Made by a program: the position numbers and the translations under genes. Below are positions 8,939-18,696 of a stretch of DNA of 64,000 nucleotides, in pieces. The DNA is from a virus (lineage: Duplodnaviria; Caudoviricetes): the IMG/VR virus record IMGVR_UViG_3300027770_000038, positions 48,806 to 112,805 of that record; one strand, 5' to 3'. Below the pieces are notes generated by a model. It was not told the origin of the DNA and ran no database searches. It saw only the letters and a program-made list of their open reading frames with translations. The first letter of the stretch is position 1. Every line of letters begins with the position of its first letter.

Positions 8939-10058
8939 AGAAAAAAACTCAAGCATTGGAGCTTCAAGCAGACTCCAATCTATTCTTAATCACAAAGATC
9001 ACAAAGATGATCACTTTAATTTTGAAGAAGCAGTGACTTGGAAGATCTCTACTGGGAGCTTGCTTTTAGATGCTGCGGTAGGTGGAGGCATCACCCCTTC
9101 TCTTATCCGTCTTTGTGGACCAAATAATGAAGGCAAAACACCCCAAGCGATAGAAATTTGCAGAAATTTTCTTTTAGAAATCCCGAAAAGTAGAGTAGTC
9201 TGGGTCTTAGCAGAGGGTCGTCTCTCTAAGGAAAACAGAGAACGCTGCGGGATCAAGTTCGTCACCGATGCATCAGAATGGACTGACGGCTCAGTGTTTA
9301 TCCTTGAATCTAATGTTTATGATTTAGTAATTGACGTTATTAAAGATCTTGTCCTTAATAATGAAGAAGATAATCGTTATTGTTTTGTTATTGATTCTAT
9401 GGACGGTCTTATCTTAAAGAGAGATAAGGATACAAGCCCAGCAGACGCGAGCAAGGTTGCCGGAACTCAAGTCATCAGCAAGAAGCTTCTACAATCACTA
9501 AGTATTGGAATGTTTAAGCATGGTCATCTAATGATCGCGGTTAGCCAGATTACTTCTGAAATTAAAATCGATCCCTATGCTAAAAACGCTCCGAGAGGAG
9601 GAATGTTCAGCGGTGGAAATGCATTATTGCATTGGGCTGACTTTATCCTAGAGTATAGCACGACAGCAATGGGCGACTATATCCTTGACAACCCAGCAGG
9701 GAAGATGAATGATGGCAAGACTAAATCGATTGGTAAGTATTCCAAAGTAATGATCCAAAAATCTACCAGCGAAGCTACTCGCAAAAACATCGTTCAATAT
9801 CCTATTAAATTTGGAAAAAAGCCTTCTGGCATCTGGGTTGAGTATGAGATTCTTGATTGCCTACTCATGTGGGATCTTGTCGTTGCAAAGGGGGCTTGGA
9901 TTACGGTAGATGATTCTTTAGTTGAAGAACTTAAGAACGTTGGAATTGAAATGCCCAAGCAGCACCAAGGGAGAGAAAACTTCAGAAAATGGCTTGAAGA
10001 AAATGAACAGGCCACCAAATATCTTTTTGGCAAGCTAAAAGCTGTCCAATCAAAATGA
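8907..10058 (+). CDS. recA: RecA/UvsX-like recombinase
   Basis: 'ISTGSLLLDAAVGGG', Walker A 'GPNNEGKT', Walker B 'VIDSMDGL', 'SGGNALLHWA', 'KGAW'. Confidence 0.9.
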   Translation: MAKPPKQQQPEEKNSSIGASSRLQSILNHKDHKDDHFNFEEAVTWKISTGSLLLDAAVGGGITPSLIRLCGPNNEGKTPQAIEICRNFLLEIPKSRVVWVLAEGRLSKENRERCGIKFVTDASEWTDGSVFILESNVYDLVIDVIKDLVLNNEEDNRYCFVIDSMDGLILKRDKDTSPADASKVAGTQVISKKLLQSLSIGMFKHGHLMIAVSQITSEIKIDPYAKNAPRGGMFSGGNALLHWADFILEYSTTAMGDYILDNPAGKMNDGKTKSIGKYSKVMIQKSTSEATRKNIVQYPIKFGKKPSGIWVEYEILDCLLMWDLVVAKGAWITVDDSLVEELKNVGIEMPKQHQGRENFRKWLEENEQATKYLFGKLKAVQSK

Positions 10059-10474
10059 AGTTATATTCTGTAACCGGCAGGATAATTAACAAAAATGTTT
10101 CTCAATTTTTAATAGATTGGGACAAACGATCTCGCTCTAAGATTCAGTTCCAAGTTAAACAGTTTCTTAAACCATTTTGGAAAACTCATGTTTGTTATGA
10201 AGAGTTCCCGGTATTCGGAAGTAGAATGAAAGTAGACTTTATTAATATTTCCCGCAAAATAGCGATAGAAGTTAATGGAGATCAGCATTCTTCTTTTAAT
10301 AAATTCTTCCATAACAATTCTAGATTGAATTATCTTAACTCTATAAAAAGAGACTATAAGAAATCTGTATGGTTAGAGAAGAACGGTTTTCAACTATTAG
10401 AGTTAGAGACATCTGATTTAAATAAGTTAAGCTACGATTATATAAATCATACATTCAAGATATCACTGGTGTAA
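10055..10474 (+). CDS. DUF559/Vsr-like PD-(D/E)XK endonuclease
   Basis: 'YEEFPV...KVDF...IAIEVNGDQH...RDYKK' pattern. Confidence 0.75.
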   Translation: MKLYSVTGRIINKNVSQFLIDWDKRSRSKIQFQVKQFLKPFWKTHVCYEEFPVFGSRMKVDFINISRKIAIEVNGDQHSSFNKFFHNNSRLNYLNSIKRDYKKSVWLEKNGFQLLELETSDLNKLSYDYINHTFKISLV

Positions 10475-10478
10475 TATA
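10469..10478 (+). promoter_or_regulatory. Candidate GTGTAA-type phage promoter motif
   Basis: GTGTAATATA lies 4 nt before the GTG start at 10483. It overlaps the upstream stop codon, so it may be coincidental. Confidence 0.35.
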
Positions 10479-10482
10479 AGCT

Positions 10483-10767
10483 GTGGCAAAAAATAAAGAA
10501 TTCCAGTTTCCAGATAGTATTCTATCTCAAATAGATGAATGCTCTCAAGGAGGGTTTTTATTATTCACCTTTGATAAAAAAGGAATGCCAGAAGTGAGAT
10601 CTAAATTCGATAATGCACAGAACGCAATGGCTATGCATTATTATATTAATAATTGGCTTAGTGCTGTTGAACAAATCAATTTAGAAAACACGATCCATAA
10701 CATTATCGCTGCTGATAAAGAAGATGATGAAGACGATGATAATGAAGACGGTCCTGCTAGTAAGTAA
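10483..10767 (+). CDS. Hypothetical protein with acidic C-terminus
   Basis: 94-aa ORF filling the gap between the endonuclease and dnaB. Confidence 0.7.
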   Translation: MAKNKEFQFPDSILSQIDECSQGGFLLFTFDKKGMPEVRSKFDNAQNAMAMHYYINNWLSAVEQINLENTIHNIIAADKEDDEDDDNEDGPASK

Positions 10768-10783
10768 CTCTTTTTTTAGTTAA

Positions 10784-12268
10784 ATGAAACTTTCCTCTAT
10801 TAAGGTAGAGCAATCCTTGCTTGGTTCGCTCATTAAAAATTCAGAATCATTCTACGATATAGATCATTTTATATCAGAGATTGATTTTACAAACGATGTA
10901 AACGGAACAATATATTCGATAATTCGCCAGATATGCAACGCTAAAGAAAAAATAGATAAAGTCATTCTGGCTCAGAAAATTCAGAATCTTGGCATTTCTT
11001 TCCAAGAAGATCTTGACATATATGATTATATCGATTGTCTTTCTTTAACAGTTTCAAATAAAGATTCTGCTATTAAATACGCTCAAGAGTTAAAGCAGTT
11101 TTCTATTCGTCGTGATATAAAAGGCATGGCGCAAAGAATAATAGAAACTGTTTCTACCAATCCTGAGAAAAATGCCAGTCAAATCATAGCTGAAGTAGAC
11201 TCTATATATGGCGAAAAGATTAATTCTTTTGATGCTACTGAAGAGATTAGAAATATCTTTGATGACATAGAGGTATTTATAGAAGAAAAAGGTAATAATC
11301 CTCAAGAAGAATCAGGCATAGATTTGCATTATCCAGAGTTCGCAAGGCTTTATGGAGGCTTGAGAAACGGAAATGTTTATGCAATCGTCAGTCGCCCCGG
11401 TCAAGGCAAAAGCTCGTTCTTGGTTGAGATGTCTCTTGGAGCTTATTTAAAGAATAAAAAGGTTAGCGTCCTTTACCTTGATACAGAAATGTTTTCACAA
11501 GATGTGAAACTCCGTATTGCAGCAGCGAAAACTGGAGTGCCTTTCTGGTATATTGACACGGGAAACTGGCGTAAAGATCCTGAGATGGTTTTCAAAATCA
11601 GAGCTTTCTTAAAAGAGTTTAGCAAATATAACTATACTCATCATTGTGTTGGTAATAAAGGAATTGACGAGATTATATCTTTTATCCGTAGATGGTATTA
11701 CAGTAAAGTTGGAAGAGGGAATCCTGCTCTTATTTGTTATGACTACGTCAAACTTACCGGAGAAAAGGTCGGCCAAAACTGGGCAGAGCATCAAGCCATT
11801 GGCGAAAAGATAGATAAACTTAAAAAGATTTCAGAAGAAATTAATGCCCCTCTATTCACTGCAATGCAAATGAATAGATCTGGTGAAAATTTTAATAGAA
11901 ATGCTGGAGACGTAACCGATGATAGTTCCGCAATCGCCTTGTCTGATCGGCTTCAATGGTTTGCCAGCTATGTTGCGATTTTCCGAAGAAAAACTCTTGA
12001 CGAAATAGAGCGCGATACGCCAGACTTCGGCACACATAAATTGATAACTTTAAAGAGCCGCTTCCAAGGCAAAGATGCTGCTGGACATCAGGATCTTATG
12101 AGAAGGAGAAATGATCATGGCGATGAAAAATATGTTCAAAACTTTGTCAACTTTCAGATTAGTAATTTCAGCGTAGAAGAAAGGGGTTCCTTGGCTAACA
12201 TTATTGAGAGAGAGCGTCAGACATTTTCATTGAATGATACCAATCCCAATGATGGTTCTTTGTTATGA
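10784..12268 (+). CDS. dnaB: Replicative DNA helicase, DnaB family
   Basis: N-terminal 'EQSLLGSLI', Walker A 'SRPGQGKS', 'YLDTEM', 'YDYVKL', 'AMQMNR', 'KSRF'. Confidence 0.93.
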   Translation: MKLSSIKVEQSLLGSLIKNSESFYDIDHFISEIDFTNDVNGTIYSIIRQICNAKEKIDKVILAQKIQNLGISFQEDLDIYDYIDCLSLTVSNKDSAIKYAQELKQFSIRRDIKGMAQRIIETVSTNPEKNASQIIAEVDSIYGEKINSFDATEEIRNIFDDIEVFIEEKGNNPQEESGIDLHYPEFARLYGGLRNGNVYAIVSRPGQGKSSFLVEMSLGAYLKNKKVSVLYLDTEMFSQDVKLRIAAAKTGVPFWYIDTGNWRKDPEMVFKIRAFLKEFSKYNYTHHCVGNKGIDEIISFIRRWYYSKVGRGNPALICYDYVKLTGEKVGQNWAEHQAIGEKIDKLKKISEEINAPLFTAMQMNRSGENFNRNAGDVTDDSSAIALSDRLQWFASYVAIFRRKTLDEIERDTPDFGTHKLITLKSRFQGKDAAGHQDLMRRRNDHGDEKYVQNFVNFQISNFSVEERGSLANIIERERQTFSLNDTNPNDGSLL

Positions 12269-13182
12269 GCGATATAAAAGAAATACTTAACAACATCGGT
12301 TATCAAAACCTTAAAGATTTTGGCAGTTGGTATAGAACTCGTCCAATTTATAGAAGCTCTGATAATGATACTGTCTTAGCCATAAATAAAAACACTGGTT
12401 ACTGGTATGACTACAAATTATGCAAAGGGGGTAGGTTAAGTGAATTAGTTCAAATCACGCTTAATCTAAACGATCTATCTCATGCAGATAAGATGCTTGC
12501 TGAGAAGTTCAATTTCACAGGAATTGTATCTAATCCAGACAAAACAATTATCAGTCAAGTAAAGATTTATAATGAGTCAATGCTCGATGGTCTTGTAAAA
12601 GATCACTCTTATTGGTTCAAAAGAGGAATCAAAGAAGAAACCGTAGCTGAGTTCAAAGGAGGGACAGCTAAGAAAGGGAACATGATTAATCGTTATGTTT
12701 TTCCTATTTACAATCCTTCTGGCAAAATTGTAGGATTTAGCGGCAGATCGCTTGTCGATTCAAATAGATCTGATTTCATAAAATGGAAACATCTTGGAGC
12801 CAAAAAAGAGTGGGTTTACCCAGCGCTCTTTGGCAAGAATTCTATCTCCGAAAGCAAGACAATATTTCTAATTGAAAGCATTGGAGACATGCTGGCTTTA
12901 TGGCAAGCTGGTTACAAGAATGTTATTGTCACTTTTGGATTGGCGATCTCTCCCAAAATAACAAAATTTCTTTTAGAGAACTCTATTCAGCAAGTGGTAG
13001 TCGCATTTAATAATGATTCTTTTAATAATTCTGCTGGTAACGAAGCTGCGAAAAAAGCTCGGTCTAAATTATTAATGTTCTTTGATGAAAACCAAGTGAA
13101 GATAAAGCTCCCTACTAAAAAAGACTTTGGATTAATGGGCAAAAATGAGATAGACTTATATATGAAGGAATTCAATGGATAA
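12265..13182 (+). CDS. dnaG: DnaG-type DNA primase (TOPRIM)
   Basis: 'RYVFPIYNPSGKIVGFSGR', 'KWKH', 'FLIESIGDMLALWQAG', 'VAFNND...AGNEAA'. ATGA-coupled to dnaB. Confidence 0.88.
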   Translation: MSDIKEILNNIGYQNLKDFGSWYRTRPIYRSSDNDTVLAINKNTGYWYDYKLCKGGRLSELVQITLNLNDLSHADKMLAEKFNFTGIVSNPDKTIISQVKIYNESMLDGLVKDHSYWFKRGIKEETVAEFKGGTAKKGNMINRYVFPIYNPSGKIVGFSGRSLVDSNRSDFIKWKHLGAKKEWVYPALFGKNSISESKTIFLIESIGDMLALWQAGYKNVIVTFGLAISPKITKFLLENSIQQVVVAFNNDSFNNSAGNEAAKKARSKLLMFFDENQVKIKLPTKKDFGLMGKNEIDLYMKEFNG

Positions 13183-14101
13183 GAAAGAAGTCTACCTATC
13201 TGCGTCCAGAATTAAAGCTCTTGAAACTTGTTCATGGTCTTATTATTGTAAGTATCATTTAAACATTCCCGAGAAGTCTAATTCAGGAGCGAAGCGCGGT
13301 ACAATTTGTCACTTAGTATTTGAGTTGCTTCTTAACCCTCGCCATAAAGAACTTTATGAGGAAATCATTGCCTCTGGCGATCCTCTCTCTTGCGCTCCAG
13401 TAGGCAGGTTAGTAATAAAACACGCTACAAGAGAAGGGATTAACAATCTTGAAGACATAGCATTAATCAATAAAATGATTCTTGTCGGTCTTAAGAGCGA
13501 CTTCTTTCCAAAGGGCGGCGACATTCAAAACCCAGAGTTCGAATTCAAAATCGAAAGAGACGGCTATAAGGCCAGAGGATTCATTGATCTCCCAATTCTT
13601 TATAAGGAAGAAAAGAAGAGTAAGATTAGAGATTACAAGTCTAGCAAAGCAAAATTCAAGGGAGAAGAGTTGACAGCCAATGTACAGGCGATGCTATACT
13701 CTATCGCTTCTAAAATTTATTGGCCTGAGTACGAGCCAGAAGTAGAATTTATATTTCTCAGATTTCCTAAAGCACCAGTGCAGCCGGTAAAATTTACAGA
13801 TGATGAATTGTCAGGATTTGAGGTTTACCTTAAGCATGTTTACGGTAAAGTCAGTAACTTCTCTGAGCAAGATGCAAAACAAAACTTTGCCGCAGATGAC
13901 GTAAAGAGTAGATGGCTATGTCAGGCAGGAGCTACTTGGGTTTGTCCCTTTAAGAACGAGATGTGGTTTTATTCTATTTACGACAAGAACGACAAATTTG
14001 TAAAAAGCTTTTTCACGGCAGAAGAAGCAAAAGCAGCAAAGAAAGACGATTCTCAAGTTATTAAAAAATTTAAGTATGAAGGTTGCCCCAGATGGAAATA
14101 A
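13175..14101 (+). CDS. PD-(D/E)XK exonuclease (RecB/AddB/Cas4-like)
   Basis: 'LSASRIKALETCSW', 'RGTICH', 'RGFIDL', 'IRDYKS', 'QAMLY', and C-terminal cysteines. Confidence 0.85.
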   Translation: MDKKEVYLSASRIKALETCSWSYYCKYHLNIPEKSNSGAKRGTICHLVFELLLNPRHKELYEEIIASGDPLSCAPVGRLVIKHATREGINNLEDIALINKMILVGLKSDFFPKGGDIQNPEFEFKIERDGYKARGFIDLPILYKEEKKSKIRDYKSSKAKFKGEELTANVQAMLYSIASKIYWPEYEPEVEFIFLRFPKAPVQPVKFTDDELSGFEVYLKHVYGKVSNFSEQDAKQNFAADDVKSRWLCQAGATWVCPFKNEMWFYSIYDKNDKFVKSFFTAEEAKAAKKDDSQVIKKFKYEGCPRWK

Positions 14102-14110
14102 CTCTTATTT

Positions 14111-14872
14111 ATGAAAATATTACCTCTTTTTAAAAGCCATTATAGCATCGGCAAATCAATATTAACGCTAGATAAGGCCGGATCTTCTTCTAAAGAAGGC
14201 TCCTCTTCTATCGTAGACATCGTTAAAGAAAACAAACTGGACCAAGTTTTCCTTGTAGAGGAGAATATGAGTTCTTTTCTTGACGCTTTTAAAAACTTTA
14301 ATTCTATTAAGGTTCCATTCTATTACGGACTTAGACTAGAGCTATGCCCTGATACAAACGAAAAGACTGACGAGTCTTTGAAAAAGTCCAGTAAAATTAT
14401 CATCTTCGCTAAAAATGGCAATGGATACAAGAAACTCATTAAGATATTCAGTATCGCCGCGACAGATGGTTTTTATTATACACCAAGAATAGACGAAAAG
14501 ACCTTGACACAAGAGTGGGATGAAGCTAGCCTAAAATTATGCGTCCCATTCTATGACTCTTTTCTATTCAAAAATACAATGTCTTACTCCTTGTGCTGCC
14601 CAGAGTTGAAGTTCACAAAGCCTACTTTTTTTACTGAAGATAATGATCTTCCATTTGATCAGATAGTAAGGCAAAAAGTAATCAAATTCTGCGCTGATCA
14701 ATACGAGACAGTTGCCAGCAAAAGTATTTATTACGAGACAAGAGAAGACTTTAAAGCCTACATGACTTTTAGATGCATTAATAACAGAACTACCCTTAAC
14801 AAGCCGAATTTAGAACACATGTGCAGCGCTGAATTTAGTTTCGAAAGCTGGAAGGAGGCTGATTCTATATGA
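14111..14872 (+). CDS. Stand-alone PHP domain of DNA polymerase III alpha
   Basis: 'KSHYSIGKSIL', 'YGLRLEL', 'IIIFAKNGNGYKKLIKIFS', 'GFYYTPRID' match the DnaE N-terminal PHP domain. Confidence 0.85.
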   Translation: MKILPLFKSHYSIGKSILTLDKAGSSSKEGSSSIVDIVKENKLDQVFLVEENMSSFLDAFKNFNSIKVPFYYGLRLELCPDTNEKTDESLKKSSKIIIFAKNGNGYKKLIKIFSIAATDGFYYTPRIDEKTLTQEWDEASLKLCVPFYDSFLFKNTMSYSLCCPELKFTKPTFFTEDNDLPFDQIVRQKVIKFCADQYETVASKSIYYETREDFKAYMTFRCINNRTTLNKPNLEHMCSAEFSFESWKEADSI

Positions 14873-15507
14873 TGGAAAATCTTCTTCGTTATGATAAAGA
14901 TAAAGTCTATACTTTTATAGACTTAGAGACCGAGAATTTATGCCTTAGCTTTATAAATAATCGCCCTTGGCAATGCGGCATGATCAAAGTTAAAGGAAAT
15001 GAGGTCTTAGAAACTTCTGATATTTATATTAAATGGGATAAGCCTATTAATGTTAGCAAAGAAGCTGCCCAAATTACTCGTTTCGATCAGTACAAATATA
15101 ATAAAATTGCTATCCATTCTAGCGAAGCTATTAAAACTATAGCACATTGGTTAGAAAATTGTGATTATATAATCGGGCACAATATCTTAAACTTCGATAT
15201 GTATCTCATTAAAGATTATTACGAAATGTATGGGAGAGAATGGAAGCACTTAGTAAGTAAAGTTATAGATACTAATTGTCTAGCGAAGGGAGTTAAATAT
15301 GAAATCCCTTACTCTCAAGATATGAGCTTAATTGAGTACCAGTATAGAGTGCTGAATGAAAGAAGAAAAGGAGTGAAAACTAACCTTACAAGCCTTGGAA
15401 AAGAATATAGCATAGAACACGATTACGAGACTCTTCACAACGCACTTAACGATTTACATTTAAACATTAAAGTATGGAACAGACTGAAATTCCAAATCGC
15501 AGTATGA
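14869..15507 (+). CDS. dnaQ: DEDDh 3'-5' exonuclease (DnaQ/epsilon-like)
   Basis: ExoI 'FIDLETE', ExoII 'GHNILNFD', ExoIII 'HNALND'. Confidence 0.88.
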   Translation: MMENLLRYDKDKVYTFIDLETENLCLSFINNRPWQCGMIKVKGNEVLETSDIYIKWDKPINVSKEAAQITRFDQYKYNKIAIHSSEAIKTIAHWLENCDYIIGHNILNFDMYLIKDYYEMYGREWKHLVSKVIDTNCLAKGVKYEIPYSQDMSLIEYQYRVLNERRKGVKTNLTSLGKEYSIEHDYETLHNALNDLHLNIKVWNRLKFQIAV

Positions 15508-18062
15508 ACTTTTCAAAAGACTTTCAAAAATACGAACTTGGCCTTCACGGGCTTAGAATGCCTGTCTTTGAAATTGACCAAAGACACAAGACTAGACTTA
15601 AATTAGTTGCTCAGACTTCTAATTACGACTTTTTAAGAAGCCTAGCTAGAGAGGGGTTTCATAAGCTTAATCTTGAAAAAGGAAGCGCACTTTACAAGAG
15701 GTATATTGATCGCGTTAATTACGAATTACAAATTCTTCAAGAGTTAGAATTTATTGATTACATCATCCTCATTTGGGATGTTATTAATTATTGCAGAGAG
15801 ACGAGTATCCCAACTGGACCGGGAAGAGGATCTTGCGCTGGCTCTCTACTGTTATTTCTCATTGATGTAACCAAAATTGACCCCATTAAATATGAACTAT
15901 TTTTTGAGCGATTCATTTCTAAAGCCAGAGCAAAGAAAACTATTGTTGATGGAGTAACTTATTTTGATGGCTCGTTATTTCCTGATGTTGATCTTGATAT
16001 TTGTTATTATAATCGGCATAGAGTAATAGCTTATCTTGAAGAGAAGTTTAAGGGCAAGACATCTAAGATCCTTACTCTAAACACTTTAAGTTCTAAACTC
16101 TGCATCAAAGAGTCAGGTAAAGTAGTTGCAGAGAAACAAGAGAGTGAAATGAATAATGTCTCTTCTTATATTCCTAAACTTTTCGGTCAAGTCAAGAGCT
16201 TGGAAGAAGCAGTCACTGAAAGCGAAAAATTTGCAGAATGGGTCGGTACAAACCAAGAAGTTTACAAGATCGCTTTAAAGCTTCAGAATCTTAATAAAAA
16301 TAAAGGCGTACACCCGTCTGGGCTTTTATTGGCGCACTCACTCCTTGAAGAATCCTGTCCAGTAGAATTGTCATCAGACAAGCAGGTCGTTTCAAGCTAC
16401 GACATGAATAATGTTACAGCTTACAATATTAAACTTGATTTGCTTGGTTTGCGAGGAGTATCAGTTGTAGACGATGTTTGTAAATCTCTTGGAATCAGAT
16501 ATGAGGATATTGATGTAAATGATGTTTTCATATATCAGCAATTACAAGACTTTAAGTTGCCTCATGGATTATTCCAAATTGAAGCAGAAACTAACTTTAA
16601 AGTATGCCAAAAAGTAAAGCCCAAGAACCTTGAGCAGTTAAGCGGCGTATTAGCTCTTGCTCGTCCCGGTGCATTGCAGTTTATTGATAAGTACGCTAAC
16701 TATACAAACAATAATCATTACGAAAGTATCCATCCTTTCTTCGACGATATCTTAGGAGTAACTGGAGGAGTTTGTTTGTATCAAGAACAGTTGATGAAGA
16801 TGGTGAGCAAGGTTGGATTCTCACTTGACGAAGCAGAAATTGTTCGACGCTGCGTAGGCAAAAAGAAGGTCGAAGAGATGAAGGAGTGGGAGCAGAAGAT
16901 TAAAGACAAGATCTCCCAGCAGAAACTTGACCCCAAGATTGGCGAAGTATTATGGAGAATTGCAAACGATTCAGCCAATTATCAATTTAATAAATCGCAT
17001 TCAGTCTCATACGCTGCTCTCGCGGCAATATCTATCTATCTTAAATTTAAATATCCGCAACAGTTCTTCTTGTCTCTATTGAAAATGAGTAAACATGAGC
17101 CTGATTCTATTGGAGAGATATCCAAAACAGAAAAAGAATTAACTTATTTTAATATTAAACTCTTGCCTCCTCATTTATTAAAGTCAAAAGAAGAGTTTTG
17201 TATTGAAGGAGATAACATCCGTTTTGGACTTCTTTCTGTTAAAGGCATCAGCGAGAAGACTATTAAAGCCGTAAATGAATTCAGAGGAGAGTTTAAGAAT
17301 AAATTCGACATCTTTGAAACAGCCTCTCAAGCCAATCTAAACATTGGAGTCCTTTGCGCCCTTATCCAAGCAGGAGCCTTAGACGGAGACTTCAAGCAAT
17401 CAAGAAGCAAAATAGTATACGAGGCTCAACTTTGGAACATCTTAACTAATAAAGAAAAAATAAACGCCAAACTGTTTGGCGAGACGTTTGAGTATGATTT
17501 GGTTAAAATTCTCATGCACATGAAAGACAACAAAGATGTGCAGGGCAAACCTTACATAAAAGAATCAAGACTCCAAACGCTGCGAACCAAAGCAGATGCC
17601 TATAAAAAGATATATGAGATCAATAGCAAATCAGAGAGTTTTGCTAATTGGTATTATGAGAATTCTATTATCGGTTATAGCGTAAGAAGCAAACTGAGAG
17701 AAGTGTTCATTGCAAAGAAAGATGATCTAGTTTATATAAAAGACATTGCTAATTTCGGCGAGAAAGATGAAGTTTGCTTCATCGGCGTAATTAAAGAATG
17801 CATGTCAGGGGTCTCAAGAGAGAAGAAGACTAGGTATTTTAAAATGCAAATCTCTGACGAAACTTCTGCCATCAACACGATGATCTTCTCTGATAAAATA
17901 GATGAAATGCAAAATCTTAATAATAGAATGCCAAAGGAAGAAGATATAGTAATTATTACCGGACAAAAGTTTGGAGACTCTGTTTTTGCCAGAATGGTCG
18001 CCATCCAAACCCATACGGTTTACACGAAACTTTCTCAATTAAAAGCCGAAAAAAATAATTGA
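15504..18062 (+). CDS. dnaE: DNA polymerase III alpha catalytic core lacking the PHP domain
   Basis: 'GPGRGSCAGSL', 'LFFERF', catalytic 'PDVDLD', 'KLDLLGL', 'YQEQLM', 'FNKSH', C-terminal OB fold. Start placed at ATG 15504 (ATGA overlap with the exonuclease stop) rather than 15474. Confidence 0.95.
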   Translation: MNFSKDFQKYELGLHGLRMPVFEIDQRHKTRLKLVAQTSNYDFLRSLAREGFHKLNLEKGSALYKRYIDRVNYELQILQELEFIDYIILIWDVINYCRETSIPTGPGRGSCAGSLLLFLIDVTKIDPIKYELFFERFISKARAKKTIVDGVTYFDGSLFPDVDLDICYYNRHRVIAYLEEKFKGKTSKILTLNTLSSKLCIKESGKVVAEKQESEMNNVSSYIPKLFGQVKSLEEAVTESEKFAEWVGTNQEVYKIALKLQNLNKNKGVHPSGLLLAHSLLEESCPVELSSDKQVVSSYDMNNVTAYNIKLDLLGLRGVSVVDDVCKSLGIRYEDIDVNDVFIYQQLQDFKLPHGLFQIEAETNFKVCQKVKPKNLEQLSGVLALARPGALQFIDKYANYTNNNHYESIHPFFDDILGVTGGVCLYQEQLMKMVSKVGFSLDEAEIVRRCVGKKKVEEMKEWEQKIKDKISQQKLDPKIGEVLWRIANDSANYQFNKSHSVSYAALAAISIYLKFKYPQQFFLSLLKMSKHEPDSIGEISKTEKELTYFNIKLLPPHLLKSKEEFCIEGDNIRFGLLSVKGISEKTIKAVNEFRGEFKNKFDIFETASQANLNIGVLCALIQAGALDGDFKQSRSKIVYEAQLWNILTNKEKINAKLFGETFEYDLVKILMHMKDNKDVQGKPYIKESRLQTLRTKADAYKKIYEINSKSESFANWYYENSIIGYSVRSKLREVFIAKKDDLVYIKDIANFGEKDEVCFIGVIKECMSGVSREKKTRYFKMQISDETSAINTMIFSDKIDEMQNLNNRMPKEEDIVIITGQKFGDSVFARMVAIQTHTVYTKLSQLKAEKNN

Positions 18063-18077
18063 TAAATCGGCTTTTTT
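18041..18077 (+). terminator. Possible intrinsic terminator at the end of dnaE
   Basis: Inverted repeat AAAAGCCGA / TCGGCTTTT ending in a T run, but the loop is long (17 nt). Confidence 0.35.
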
Positions 18078-18096
18078 CAGGCAAAATAATGTCTGA

Positions 18097-18696
18097 ATGA
18101 ACCTACAATTTTATAAGGGAAATGCAAAAGTAACTGGAACCGCTTGCTCTTTTCAGACAAAGGGAACCTCTTTGTTTGTTAACTTCATCAAGCAGCACTC
18201 TTGGAATGAAGCCAAGAAGCTTGGGTCTTTTCGTGAGAACGCTAAGAATCCAGAGAAGACTACTGTCTTAAAGTTCAATGCGGTAGAAGCCGCAGGTATG
18301 GTAGACGCAATTGATAGAAACGCAGAATACAAGTTCTATCACACTGCTCCTAATTCAAACGCGATGGGCAAGTTTTGTCCTTATCTAAGGGACAACGCTC
18401 AGATTGGGTTTTCTTTTAATGCCACCAAGGAGCAAAAGGGAGATACCGTTAACAAGGTAAGTTTCTTGATTGGATTTACTTTTGCAGAATCTGTACTGGT
18501 TAAGACTTTCCTTTTGGAGTTCATTAGGAATTCTTTCTATCCTCAAGATGATGTCGCTGCACCTGCTCCAAAAGAAGCTCAACAGGAAGAATATCCAGCG
18601 AAGGCGGCTTATAGCAAAATCCAACTAAATCAACCTGCTGTCAAACCTGCTGCTCAGACTGAAGCAGAAGCTCAAGCAGAAGAACTCGTATTCTAA
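18097..18696 (+). CDS. Hypothetical protein, possibly ssDNA-binding
   Basis: Aromatic beta-rich N-terminal domain, Ala/Pro/Glu/Gln linker, acidic-hydrophobic tip 'AEELVF'. Directly follows dnaE. Confidence 0.45.
   Translation: MNLQFYKGNAKVTGTACSFQTKGTSLFVNFIKQHSWNEAKKLGSFRENAKNPEKTTVLKFNAVEAAGMVDAIDRNAEYKFYHTAPNSNAMGKFCPYLRDNAQIGFSFNATKEQKGDTVNKVSFLIGFTFAESVLVKTFLLEFIRNSFYPQDDVAAPAPKEAQQEEYPAKAAYSKIQLNQPAVKPAAQTEAEAQAEELVF

Noticed and set aside
13175-14101. Cas4 / CRISPR adaptation gene
   Set aside because: No cas1, cas2 or repeat-spacer array in the window. Solo PD-(D/E)XK exonucleases are common in phage replication modules.
8907-18062. Inteins or introns in recA, dnaB or dnaE
   Set aside because: Protein lengths are normal and no intein terminal or LAGLIDADG motifs were seen. 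The gene between PHP and the polymerase core is a proofreading exonuclease, not a homing endonuclease.
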